DNA from: Elusimicrobiota bacterium
GTDB taxonomy: Bacteria; Elusimicrobiota; Elusimicrobia; UBA1565; UBA9628
DNA: 64,000 nt
Reading direction: 5' to 3'
Assembly: GCA_027452025.1 (NCBI GenBank)
Contig: DAIDHI010000086.1
Span: forward strand, 15,294-79,293
Shown: in pieces, positions 53,683 through 62,303 of the stretch
Numbering within the stretch: the first letter of the stretch is position 1
Layout: every line of letters starts with the position of its first letter
Position numbers and translations under genes: made by a program
Notes under the pieces: generated by a model
The model's input: only the letters and a program-made list of their open reading frames with translations
What the model was told of the DNA's origin: nothing
The model's database searches: none

Positions 53683-56196
53683 ATGAAGGTCGAGCATATC
53701 CCTTTCGCCGAGATCGAGGCGAAGTGGCAGGCGCGCTGGGCCAAGGAGGGCCTCTTCAAGGCTCCCGCCATCCCCCGGCCCGGCAAGAAGTTCTACTGCC
53801 TCGACATGTTCCCGTATCCCTCCGCCGACGGCCTCCACGTCGGCCATCCCGAGGGCTACACGGCCACCGACATCCTGTGCCGGGCCAAGCGCCGCCAGGG
53901 CTTCGACGTCCTGCACCCGATGGGCTGGGACGCCTTCGGCCTGCCGGCCGAGAACTTCGCCTTGAAGACCGGCGCCCATCCGCGCTCCGTCACCGAGAAG
54001 AACATCGCCAATTTCAAGCGGCAGATCCAGGCGCTCGGCTTTTCCTACGACTGGGACCGGGAGATCAACACCACCGATCCGGATTACTACAGGTGGACGC
54101 AGTGGATCTTCCTCCAGATGTTCAAGAAGGGGCTGGCCTACGAGGCCACGGCGCCGATCAACTGGTGCCCCTCGTGCAAGACCGGCTTGGCCAACGAGGA
54201 GGTCTTCAACGGCGCCTGCGAGCGCTGCGGGTCCAAAGTGGAGCGGCGCAGTCTTCGGCAATGGGTGCTCAAGATCACGGCCTACGCCGATCGCTTGGAA
54301 AAGGACTTGGCCGGCCTGGATTGGCCGGCGTCCACGCTGGCCATGCAGCGGCACTGGATCGGCCGCTCGGAGGGCGCCGAGCTGCGCTTCGGCACCGAGG
54401 CCGGCGAGGAGCTGGCGGTCTTCACGACCCGGCCCGACACCGTCTACGGCGTCACCTACATGGTGCTCGCGCCGGAGCATCCGCTAGTCGCGCGCCTGAC
54501 GACGCCGGCGCAGAAAGCCGGGGTCGAGCGCTACGTGGCCCAGTCCCTGGCCAAGTCTGATCTAGAGCGCACGGAGCTGCAGAAGGAAAAGACCGGAGTC
54601 TTTACCGGCGGCTACGCTCTCCATCCCCTCACCAAGAAGAAAATCCCCGTCTGGGTGGCCGACTACGTGCTGGGCGGCTACGGCACCGGAGCGATCATGG
54701 CCGTGCCCGCCCACGACGAGCGCGACTGGGCCTTCGCCAAGCGCTACGGCCTGCCCGTCCCGGCCGTGGTCTCGCCGGCCCAAGGCCAAGCCGACCCGGA
54801 CGCCCCTTTCACCGAGGAAGGCGTGGCCGTCAACTCTCCTCTCATCGACGGCCTGCCCACGCCGAAGGCCAAGGAAAAGATCATCCGCTACGCCGAGGAA
54901 AACGGCCTGGGGCGCCGGGCCGTGCAGTACAAGCTGCGCGACTGGATCTTCTCGCGCCAGCGCTACTGGGGCGAGCCCATCCCGATCCTCCATTGCGACA
55001 AGTGCGGCCAGGTCGCCGTCCCTGAGAGCGACCTGCCCGTGCTGCTGCCCGACGTCGCCGACTACAAGCCCACGGGAACGGGGGAGTCGCCGCTGGCCGC
55101 CATCGCCAACTGGGTCAACACCAAGTGCCCCCAGTGCGGCGGCCCGGCCAAGCGCGAGACCAACACGATGCCGCAGTGGGCGGGCTCCTGCTGGTATTAC
55201 CTGCGCTACATCGATTCGAAGAATCCTCGTCAGGCTTTTTCTCCTCAATATGAGAAGGCCTGGATGCCCGTCGACTGCTACGTGGGCGGCGCCGAGCACG
55301 CCGTGCTCCACCTGCTCTACGCCCGCTTCTGGCACAAGCTCCTCTACGATCTAGGCTACGTCTCTACGCCGGAGCCATTCGCCAAGCTTCGCCATCAGGG
55401 GATGATTCTTTCGTTCTCGCACCGGGACGCCAAGGGCGTCTACCACGGCTACGACGAGACGGACTACGACGCCCAGGGCGAGCCCGTCTTGGCGGCGACG
55501 GGCGAGAAGCTCGTCTCCCAGATCGAGAAGATGTCGAAGTCGAAGAAGAACGTGGTCAATCCGGACGCCGTCTTGAAGAAGTACGGCGCCGACGCCTTCC
55601 GGCTCTACGAGATGTTCATGGGGCCCTTCGAGCAATCAAAGCCCTGGGACATGCGCTCGATCGAAGGCGTCTCCCGCTTCCTGCGAAAGGTCTGGACCCT
55701 AGTGACGGGCACGGAAAAGCCGGCCGCCGGCGAGGGGCTCTCTGCCCTGCGCCACCGCACCGTCAAAAAGGTCGGAGACGACATCGAGTCCTTCGGCTTC
55801 AACACGGCGATCTCCGCCCTCATGATCTACGCCAACGAGATCCAAACGCAGGCCCAGCCCGCCCTCGCCGATCTCGAGGCTCTGCTTTCCCTGCTTTACC
55901 CCTTCGCCCCCCACGTGAGCGAGGAGCTCTGGGAACGGCTCGGCCACAAGTCCTGCCTGGCGCAGGAGCCTTGGCCGCGCTACGACGAGGCCCAGCTCAA
56001 GGAAAGCCGCGTCGAATACGCGGTGCAGGTCAACGGCAAAGTCCGCGCGACCTTCGATTTCGGCGCGGACGCGGCGCAGGAGCAGGTCGCCCAGGCCGCG
56101 CTCGCACTGGAGAAGGTGCAGGCGGCCACGGCCGGCAAGGCCGTCGTCAAGACGATCGTCGTGCCCAACAGGCTGGTCAATATTGTCGTAAAATGA
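53683..56196 (+). CDS. leuS: Leucyl-tRNA synthetase
   Basis: 837 aa; class I HIGH-type (HVGHPEGY) and KMSKS motifs; editing (CP1) domain present. Confidence 0.95.
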   Translation: MKVEHIPFAEIEAKWQARWAKEGLFKAPAIPRPGKKFYCLDMFPYPSADGLHVGHPEGYTATDILCRAKRRQGFDVLHPMGWDAFGLPAENFALKTGAHPRSVTEKNIANFKRQIQALGFSYDWDREINTTDPDYYRWTQWIFLQMFKKGLAYEATAPINWCPSCKTGLANEEVFNGACERCGSKVERRSLRQWVLKITAYADRLEKDLAGLDWPASTLAMQRHWIGRSEGAELRFGTEAGEELAVFTTRPDTVYGVTYMVLAPEHPLVARLTTPAQKAGVERYVAQSLAKSDLERTELQKEKTGVFTGGYALHPLTKKKIPVWVADYVLGGYGTGAIMAVPAHDERDWAFAKRYGLPVPAVVSPAQGQADPDAPFTEEGVAVNSPLIDGLPTPKAKEKIIRYAEENGLGRRAVQYKLRDWIFSRQRYWGEPIPILHCDKCGQVAVPESDLPVLLPDVADYKPTGTGESPLAAIANWVNTKCPQCGGPAKRETNTMPQWAGSCWYYLRYIDSKNPRQAFSPQYEKAWMPVDCYVGGAEHAVLHLLYARFWHKLLYDLGYVSTPEPFAKLRHQGMILSFSHRDAKGVYHGYDETDYDAQGEPVLAATGEKLVSQIEKMSKSKKNVVNPDAVLKKYGADAFRLYEMFMGPFEQSKPWDMRSIEGVSRFLRKVWTLVTGTEKPAAGEGLSALRHRTVKKVGDDIESFGFNTAISALMIYANEIQTQAQPALADLEALLSLLYPFAPHVSEELWERLGHKSCLAQEPWPRYDEAQLKESRVEYAVQVNGKVRATFDFGADAAQEQVAQAALALEKVQAATAGKAVVKTIVVPNRLVNIVVK

Positions 56197-56207
56197 CGGA
56201 GAATCCC

Positions 56208-56825
56208 ATGAAAAGAGTCCTTGTCCTTTTGGCGGCGGCCGCCGCCATCGCAGGCTGCGCGGGCCAGGACGTAGCCTACCGGCCGGCGCCCCAGATCCTA
56301 CCCAGCAACATCAAGAAGATCGCCCTGCGGATGGTCGTCAACAAAACACAGCAGTACGGCATGGAGGACAAGCTGATGATCGACATCCGCGACGCCTTCC
56401 TCGCCGACGGAAACTATCCGATCGTGCCCGAGGCGCAGGCCGACGGGATCGTCGTGCCGACCATCACGCGCTACATTTTGACGCCGATCCAGTTCGACGC
56501 CACCTTGGTCCCGACCGCCTACAAGCTCGACATCCTGATGGACCTGGAGTTCATCGACCGGGCCACCAACACCGACCTATGGGTCCAGCGCAACATGGAG
56601 GCCTCCGAGACCTTCGCGGCGCAGACCCTGCCGGGAGGCAAGACCGAGGAGCAGGCGCGCGAGGACCTCTGGACCCAGCTGGCCAACCAAGTCGTGACCC
56701 GCGTCGTGCAAGGTTTCGGCACCGTCACGGGGACCTCCGAGCGGTGGATCACCGGCCAAGGCCCGTCCACCGCCCCGGCCGCGCCGACGACCGCGCCCAT
56801 CGCCCCGGTCACCAATCCCTACTGA
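56208..56825 (+). CDS. LptE-like LPS-assembly lipoprotein, paralog 1
   Basis: MKRVLVLLAAAAAIAGCAG lipobox; 205 aa; sits where lptE lies in the leuS-lptE-holA arrangement; conserved core shared with the next gene. Confidence 0.6.
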   Translation: MKRVLVLLAAAAAIAGCAGQDVAYRPAPQILPSNIKKIALRMVVNKTQQYGMEDKLMIDIRDAFLADGNYPIVPEAQADGIVVPTITRYILTPIQFDATLVPTAYKLDILMDLEFIDRATNTDLWVQRNMEASETFAAQTLPGGKTEEQAREDLWTQLANQVVTRVVQGFGTVTGTSERWITGQGPSTAPAAPTTAPIAPVTNPY

Positions 56826-56830
56826 GAACC

Positions 56831-57352
56831 ATGCGAACCGCCGCGGCGCTGCTGGCGACGGCCTGCCTGGCCGCGGGCTGCGCCGGCAACACTCGCTTGG
56901 CGCGCAGCCTGCCTCCGGGCGCGATCAAGCCCGTGGCGATCCGCACGGTCGTCAACAGGTCCCAGCAGTTCGGCCTGGAAGACGCCTTGATGCTCGCCAT
57001 CCGCGACCAATTCCTGAGGGACGGCAACGTACCGATCGCGCCGGAGTCCGCGGCCTACGGCATCGTCGCGCCGACGATCACCCGCTACATCTTGACGCCC
57101 GTTCAGTACGACGCCAGCCTCAACCCGACGGCCTACAAGCTCGACATCAAGACCGATCTGCAGTTCATCGACCGCGCCACGGGCGCCGTCCTTTGGACCG
57201 AGCGCAACATGGACGTCTTCGAGATATACCCGGCCTCGATGTTTCCCGGCGGCAAGACCGAGCAGCAAGCTCAGGCCGACCTTTGGGACGAGCTCTCGCG
57301 CGACATCGTCAAGCGCGTCCTCCAGGGCTACGCGGCCGCCGCGAAACGCTGA
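56831..57352 (+). CDS. LptE-like LPS-assembly lipoprotein, paralog 2
   Basis: MRTAAALLATACLAAGCAG lipobox; 173 aa. Shares PTITRYILTP.Q.DA.L.PTAYKLDI..DL.FIDRAT...LW..RNM......PGGKTE.QA..DLW with paralog 1. Confidence 0.6.
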   Translation: MRTAAALLATACLAAGCAGNTRLARSLPPGAIKPVAIRTVVNRSQQFGLEDALMLAIRDQFLRDGNVPIAPESAAYGIVAPTITRYILTPVQYDASLNPTAYKLDIKTDLQFIDRATGAVLWTERNMDVFEIYPASMFPGGKTEQQAQADLWDELSRDIVKRVLQGYAAAAKR

Positions 57353-57353
57353 C

Positions 57354-58361
57354 GTGGAGCTGAGGCCCGCGGAGTTGCTCAAGGAATGGCGGGCCGGGAC
57401 CTTCCGCTGCGTCTACCTGCTCGCCGGCGAGGAGGCCTCGGCCAAGCGCGAGGCGCTGGAGCAGCTCAAGGCGTCCTTCAAGCCCGACGACTTCAATTAC
57501 CGGGAGTTTTCCGCGGACGTCGACGACGAGGCCGCGGCCATCGTTTCCGAGGCGGCCACGCTGCCCGTCTTTTCCGACCGCCGCCTGGTCGTCGTCTCCA
57601 ACCCCAAGATTCCCGCCGCCGCCCGGGCCGCATTTGCGGCCTACCTGAAGGACCCCGTCAAGACCACCACCCTCGTGCTTCTCTCGGAGGAACGCAAGGT
57701 CGACGCCAAGGACGCCTTAGCCTCGGCGGCCGCGGCCGCCGGGGCGGTCTGCGTGTTTTCGCCGCTCAAGGAGGATGAGGCTCAGGCGCGCCTGCGGGCC
57801 GAGGCCAAGCGGGCGGGCAAGGAGCTTTCCGAGGAGGCAGCGCAGGCGCTCGTCGCCGAAGCCGGCACCGATTGGGGCGTACTCAAGCAGGAGCTGGAGA
57901 AGGCGCTGCTTTTCTCGGGCTCGACGAAGGTGACTGGCGAGCAGGCGCTGGAGAGCCTCGGCTACCGCAAGGCGAGCGACCCGTTCGCTCTCGCCCGCCT
58001 CATCCAAGACCGCAAGCTCAAGGAGTCGCTCTCCCACCTGCGGCGGTTCCTCGCCGAAGGCAAGCCCGAGGACCAGGCGTTTCGCGCTCTGTCCCAGATC
58101 AGCTCGGCGGTCTCGCGCCAGCTCAAGGCCAAAAGGATGCAAGCCGGCGCCGTGCCCGAGGACGCGATCTTCCGCGCTCTGCGGCTGCACTCTTATTGGG
58201 ACCGGGATTTTCTGGGAAGGCTCACGAGGCTTCCGGAGGCGCGACTGCGCGCGGACCTCAAGCGCTGCCTCCGAACGGAGACGGACCTAAAATCCAAGAC
58301 GTGGCTCGACGCGCGCGTCGAACTCGAGCACTTGGTGATCGGCCTTTGCGCCAGCGCCTGA
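57354..58361 (+). CDS. holA: DNA polymerase III delta subunit
   Basis: 335 aa, GTG start; clamp-loader delta fold beginning LLKEWRAGTFRCVYLLAGEE; lies downstream of leuS-lptE. Confidence 0.8.
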   Translation: MELRPAELLKEWRAGTFRCVYLLAGEEASAKREALEQLKASFKPDDFNYREFSADVDDEAAAIVSEAATLPVFSDRRLVVVSNPKIPAAARAAFAAYLKDPVKTTTLVLLSEERKVDAKDALASAAAAAGAVCVFSPLKEDEAQARLRAEAKRAGKELSEEAAQALVAEAGTDWGVLKQELEKALLFSGSTKVTGEQALESLGYRKASDPFALARLIQDRKLKESLSHLRRFLAEGKPEDQAFRALSQISSAVSRQLKAKRMQAGAVPEDAIFRALRLHSYWDRDFLGRLTRLPEARLRADLKRCLRTETDLKSKTWLDARVELEHLVIGLCASA

Positions 58362-58366
58362 AGCGG

Positions 58367-58669
58367 TTAGGACTTCGCGGGAGCGGCGGAGGAAAGCGCG
58401 GCGACGCGCTGGGCGAGGCGGGACTTCTTGCGGGCCGCCGCCTTCCAGTGGATGGCGCCCTTGTGCGCGGCCTTGTCGATGGCGGCGGAAGCGGTCGCGA
58501 CCAACTCGGCGAGCTTCCCCGTATCCTTGGCCTGCGCGGCATCGGTGAGCGCGCGCGCCGCCAGCTTCAGATCCTTCTTGATCTCGCGGTTGCGCAGATT
58601 GCGCGTGACCGACTGGCGGTACGCTTTCATCGCCGACGCGTGGCGCTTGGACTTCTTAGCTTGTGCCAT
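58367..58669 (-). CDS. rpsT: 30S ribosomal protein S20
   Basis: 100 aa, AQAKKSKRHASAMKAYRQSVTRNLRNREIKKDLK is canonical S20. Confidence 0.9.
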   Translation of the reverse strand: MAQAKKSKRHASAMKAYRQSVTRNLRNREIKKDLKLAARALTDAAQAKDTGKLAELVATASAAIDKAAHKGAIHWKAAARKKSRLAQRVAALSSAAPAKS

Positions 58670-58713
58670 AGAAGGATATTAAACCAGTTTGACGTTCCGG
58701 CGTCAAATCCGGC

Positions 58714-59631
58714 ATGACCGAGGACGCCGTCGGGGAAACCGTCGCCTATCTCTCCTCGTCGGAAGCGCAAGACAGCCTTGCCCGGGACCCTTACTGGCCG
58801 AAGTGGGATTCGCCCTGGTGGCGCATGACGCTGCTTTGGGAGCTCGGCCTCGAGCGCCTGCTCCCCAAGGCGGCCGTCTCGGCGATGAGCCAAGCGCTGC
58901 GCGGCCGCTATCTGCCGTTCTTTCCCCCGGCCGACGCGGAGCTGCCGCCGGGAGCCGATCCCCGGCGGGACGTGACCTGCCATTGCGCCGTCGGCACGAT
59001 GCATCAGGTTTTGTCTGCGTGCGGCGTAGACGTCGACGCCGAGCTGCCCTGGATGATCCCCTGGCTTCTGAGATATCAGCTTGCCGACGGCGGGCTCAAC
59101 TGCGACGCGCGGGCCTACCGCGGCTCGAGGAAGAGCTCTCTGGTCTCCACCGTGCCGGCTCTGGAGGCGGTGCTCGGCGCGGCCCTCCGGCGCGGCGCTT
59201 CGGCCGCGGAGGAGCTGTTCTTGGAAAACGGGGCGCGCTACCTGCTCGCCCACAAGCTCTTCCGATCGACGTCGGGCCGCGTGATCGATCCCGCTTGGCT
59301 CTCGCCCTGCTTTCCCCGCTTCTACGACTACGACCTGCTGCGCGGGCTTTGCTTTCTGACGCGCTGGGCGGACTGGTCGAAGCGCCGGCTTCCCAGGGAG
59401 GCGTTCACCGAAGCGGCCGTCCTGCTGGAATCCGCCTTCGGGGAAGGCCCGGTGTCGAGCCGGGCGCCCGCCTGCTTGGCGGAGCGCTCGGAGATCCCGC
59501 AGTCCCAGGGCTGGACCATCGGCCCGGCCCGCGGCTTCCCTCTGCTGCGCGAATGCGCCGCGCCGGGACCGAAGGAGCCCCTGTCGAGCGCCTGGGCCGA
59601 GACCCGCCGCCGGCTGCGGGCGATCGGGTAA
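58714..59631 (+). CDS. Hypothetical protein with possible prenyltransferase/terpene-cyclase-like alpha-alpha toroid repeat
   Basis: 305 aa; Trp-rich; YQLADGGLNCDARAY resembles a QxxDGGW-type repeat; no confident family. Confidence 0.35.
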   Translation: MTEDAVGETVAYLSSSEAQDSLARDPYWPKWDSPWWRMTLLWELGLERLLPKAAVSAMSQALRGRYLPFFPPADAELPPGADPRRDVTCHCAVGTMHQVLSACGVDVDAELPWMIPWLLRYQLADGGLNCDARAYRGSRKSSLVSTVPALEAVLGAALRRGASAAEELFLENGARYLLAHKLFRSTSGRVIDPAWLSPCFPRFYDYDLLRGLCFLTRWADWSKRRLPREAFTEAAVLLESAFGEGPVSSRAPACLAERSEIPQSQGWTIGPARGFPLLRECAAPGPKEPLSSAWAETRRRLRAIG

Positions 59632-59641
59632 AATCAAGGTT

Positions 59642-60952
59642 ATGGAGCCCGTCGACCGCAGCCACGTCCCCCACGCCTGCGGCGTCTACCTCATGCGCGA
59701 CGCCCAAGGCGACATTCTCTACATCGGCAAGGCCAATGACCTCGCCAAGAGGGTGGCCCACTACTTCAACCCCAGCCGCGGCGACCTCAAGAACTCGGTC
59801 CTGACGCCTCTCATCCGCAAGATCGACTACATCCCGTGCGAGTCCGAGCGCGAAGCGCTGCTGCTGGAGCAGCGCCTGGTCAAGCAGCACAAGCCCTTCT
59901 TCAACGTCGCTCTCAAGGACGACAAGTCGTATCCCTACATCAAGGTGACGATGGGAGAGGACTTCCCGCGGGTGCAGCTCGTGCGCCGCAAGGTCAGCGA
60001 CGGCGGAATCTATTTCGGGCCATTTCCGAAAGTGGGGCCGGTGCGCACGCTTCTCAACTACCTTTGGCGGCACCACTATTTCCCGCTGCGGCCCTGCAAG
60101 TGGGACTTCGGCTTCGATAAGCCGCTGGATCCGCGCAAAATCAACACCTGCCTCTATTACCATACCGGTCAGTGCCCGGCGCCTTGCGCGGGACTCATCT
60201 CGCCCGAGCATTACCGCGCCTACGCCAACGACGTCGTCCTCTTCTTCCGCGGGGATTACGCCGCCCTCAAAAAGCGCCTCGAGGCCGAGATGAAGGAGGC
60301 TTCGGCGCGCTTGGACTTCGAGCGCGCCGCCCAGCTGCGCGACAATATCGAAGCCTTGTCCAAGATCGGCGAGCGGGTGCGCGTGGAGGCCGTGCGCGCC
60401 GAGGACATCGCCCTCCCGGTGGCGGCCTCGCAGTCGGTCACCGACCTCCAGCGGGCCCTGGAACTCGAGCACCCGCCCTTCCACGTCGAGTGCTTCGACG
60501 TCTCCCACTTCCAAGGCCACGAGACCGTCGCCTCGATGTCCTGCTTCCAGGGCGGCCGCCCCCACAAGGATCACTACCGCCGCTTCCGCATCCGGGAGAC
60601 GGTCGGCATCGACGACTTCAAGTCGATGGCCGAGGCCGTGCGCCGGCGCTACAGCCGGCTCAAGAACGAGGGCAAGCTTCCCGACCTCGTCGTCATCGAC
60701 GGCGGCAAAGGGCAGCTGGCCGCCGCCGGCCGGGCTCTCGAAGAGGCCGGGGTCAAAATCCCGCTCTGCTCGCTGGCCAAGCGCATCGAGGAAGTGTTCA
60801 TCCCGGGGCGGCCGCAGTCCGTCATCCTTCAGTTCGGCCGCCCGGCCCTAAACCTGCTCCAGCAGCTGCGCGACGAGGCGCACCGTTTCGGCGTCAAATA
60901 TCATCGCCTGCTGCGGCAAAAGAAGCTTTTCGAGCGGATCGCGGCCTCGTGA
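59642..60952 (+). CDS. uvrC: UvrC-like excinuclease lacking the C-terminal (HhH)2 domain
   Basis: GIY-YIG (GVYLMRDAQGDILYIGKANDLAKRV...ESEREALLLEQRLVKQHKPFFN), UVR motif (FERAAQLRDNIEAL), endonuclease/RNase-H-like domain (FDVSHFQG, DLVVIDGGKGQL, RDEAHRFGVKYHR). Stops right after it at 436 aa. Confidence 0.75.
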   Translation: MEPVDRSHVPHACGVYLMRDAQGDILYIGKANDLAKRVAHYFNPSRGDLKNSVLTPLIRKIDYIPCESEREALLLEQRLVKQHKPFFNVALKDDKSYPYIKVTMGEDFPRVQLVRRKVSDGGIYFGPFPKVGPVRTLLNYLWRHHYFPLRPCKWDFGFDKPLDPRKINTCLYYHTGQCPAPCAGLISPEHYRAYANDVVLFFRGDYAALKKRLEAEMKEASARLDFERAAQLRDNIEALSKIGERVRVEAVRAEDIALPVAASQSVTDLQRALELEHPPFHVECFDVSHFQGHETVASMSCFQGGRPHKDHYRRFRIRETVGIDDFKSMAEAVRRRYSRLKNEGKLPDLVVIDGGKGQLAAAGRALEEAGVKIPLCSLAKRIEEVFIPGRPQSVILQFGRPALNLLQQLRDEAHRFGVKYHRLLRQKKLFERIAAS

Positions 60953-61692
60953 ACGAGACGGCGCTCTACGACGACCCGGCGCTCTACGAGCTGCTCCACC
61001 GGGAAGGCACGACGCAGGAAGCCCGGCTGCTCGAGGACCTCTTTCGGCTGCACGGAAACGGCGGAGAGTCCTGGCTCGAGCCCGCCTGCGGGACCGGCCG
61101 GCTTCTGCACGCCTTGGCGCGACGGCGCTTTCGCGTCACCGGCTACGACCGCAGCAAGAGCGCCGTCGCCTACGCCCGCAAGCGCCTCGCGCGCCTGCCG
61201 CGGGCCGAGGCCGTCGTCGGCGAGATGAGGAGCTTCCGTCGTGAGCGCGCTTTCGACGCCGCCTTCTGTCTCCTGGGCACCTTCAGGCACCTCTCCAGCG
61301 ACCGCGACGCCCTGGCCCATCTGCGCGCCACGGCGGCGTCGCTGCGCCGCGGCGGGATCTACATCCTGGGCCTCGACCTCGTCGAGTACGCGCGCGCCTG
61401 CGACGACGAGGAGGACTGGAGCTGCGCCTGGGGAAAGAAAAGGGCCAAGCATCACATGATCAGCCTGGCGCCCACCCGCCAATCCCGGCGCGAGCGCATC
61501 CTGAACTTCGTCGAACTGCGCGAGGGAGGCCGTACGCGGCTGCTGGAATCCTCTTACGACCTGCGCAGCTACGACTTGGCGCAGTGGAAGGCCTTGATCG
61601 CGCGCTCGCCCTTCCACGTGGCGCTGGCCATGACGCACGGCTGCGCCGGCGGCGCTCGGGACGCCTTGTTCGTATTGAGCCTGAAGCGCTGA
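60949..61692 (+). CDS. Class I SAM-dependent methyltransferase
   Basis: GTG start overlapping the uvrC-like stop (GTGA); motif I LEPACGTGRLLHALA; no DPPY/NPPY DNA-methyltransferase motif. Confidence 0.7.
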   Translation: MNETALYDDPALYELLHREGTTQEARLLEDLFRLHGNGGESWLEPACGTGRLLHALARRRFRVTGYDRSKSAVAYARKRLARLPRAEAVVGEMRSFRRERAFDAAFCLLGTFRHLSSDRDALAHLRATAASLRRGGIYILGLDLVEYARACDDEEDWSCAWGKKRAKHHMISLAPTRQSRRERILNFVELREGGRTRLLESSYDLRSYDLAQWKALIARSPFHVALAMTHGCAGGARDALFVLSLKR

Positions 61693-61708
61693 TCGAGGGA
61701 CCCCCTCG
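61692..61708. terminator. Candidate bidirectional terminator hairpin between convergent genes
   Basis: Perfect inverted repeat TCGAGGG-ACC-CCCTCGA right after the methyltransferase stop, followed within ~25 nt by a short T-run (gcctgcttttcg). Confidence 0.3.
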
Positions 61709-61778
61709 ACAAGCTCTAGAGCCTGCTTTTCGCCCCGCCACATGCCTCGAGCTGGGCGGGCATGGAGGCCGACGGAGT

Positions 61779-62303
61779 CTAGTTAGACGCGCCGCAGCTG
61801 GTCAGCCGGCTGCCGTCGAAAGCCGCGGCGCCGTCCTTGGTCCAGCCCCGGGCGCCGTCTCCGGTCTGCACCTGGACCCACCAGGCGCTCTTGACCTTGG
61901 CCGATTCGCTCGCGTCCCAGATGGGCCGCACCCCATCGACGAACACCCCTTTGTACCAGACCCGCCAGCTGCCGTCGACGAGGGGCCGGACGAGGTAGAG
62001 CGTGGAGCCCTTCGGCATGGGCGAGTCGCCGAATAGGTCGGAATAGGTGACCTTGACCTTGCGAGGACGAACGAAGAGTTCGCTGTCGCCCGCCGTCACC
62101 GTCTCGCCTTCCTTGACGACGGCCGCGACCTTGCGGCCATTGGGCCGGTCGTAGAGACGCACGGCGCGACGAGCCCGCCAGGAGCCGTAGGCGCAGCAAA
62201 GGTCCGGGCACCCCCCCCGCTGCTCGACCACCCTCGGCGGACGGGCCGCGGCGGCCGGCCTGGCCCACAGGACGGCGGCCAGAAGCGCCGCCCCGGAGGT
62301 CAC
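61779..62303 (-). CDS. Small secreted hypothetical protein translationally coupled to pilC
   Basis: GTG start overlapping the pilC stop (GTGA); VTSGAALLAAVLWARPAAAA signal-like N-terminus; 174 aa with CPDLCC motif. It is the 3' part of the 333-aa track ORF. Confidence 0.4.
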   Translation of the reverse strand: MTSGAALLAAVLWARPAAAARPPRVVEQRGGCPDLCCAYGSWRARRAVRLYDRPNGRKVAAVVKEGETVTAGDSELFVRPRKVKVTYSDLFGDSPMPKGSTLYLVRPLVDGSWRVWYKGVFVDGVRPIWDASESAKVKSAWWVQVQTGDGARGWTKDGAAAFDGSRLTSCGASN

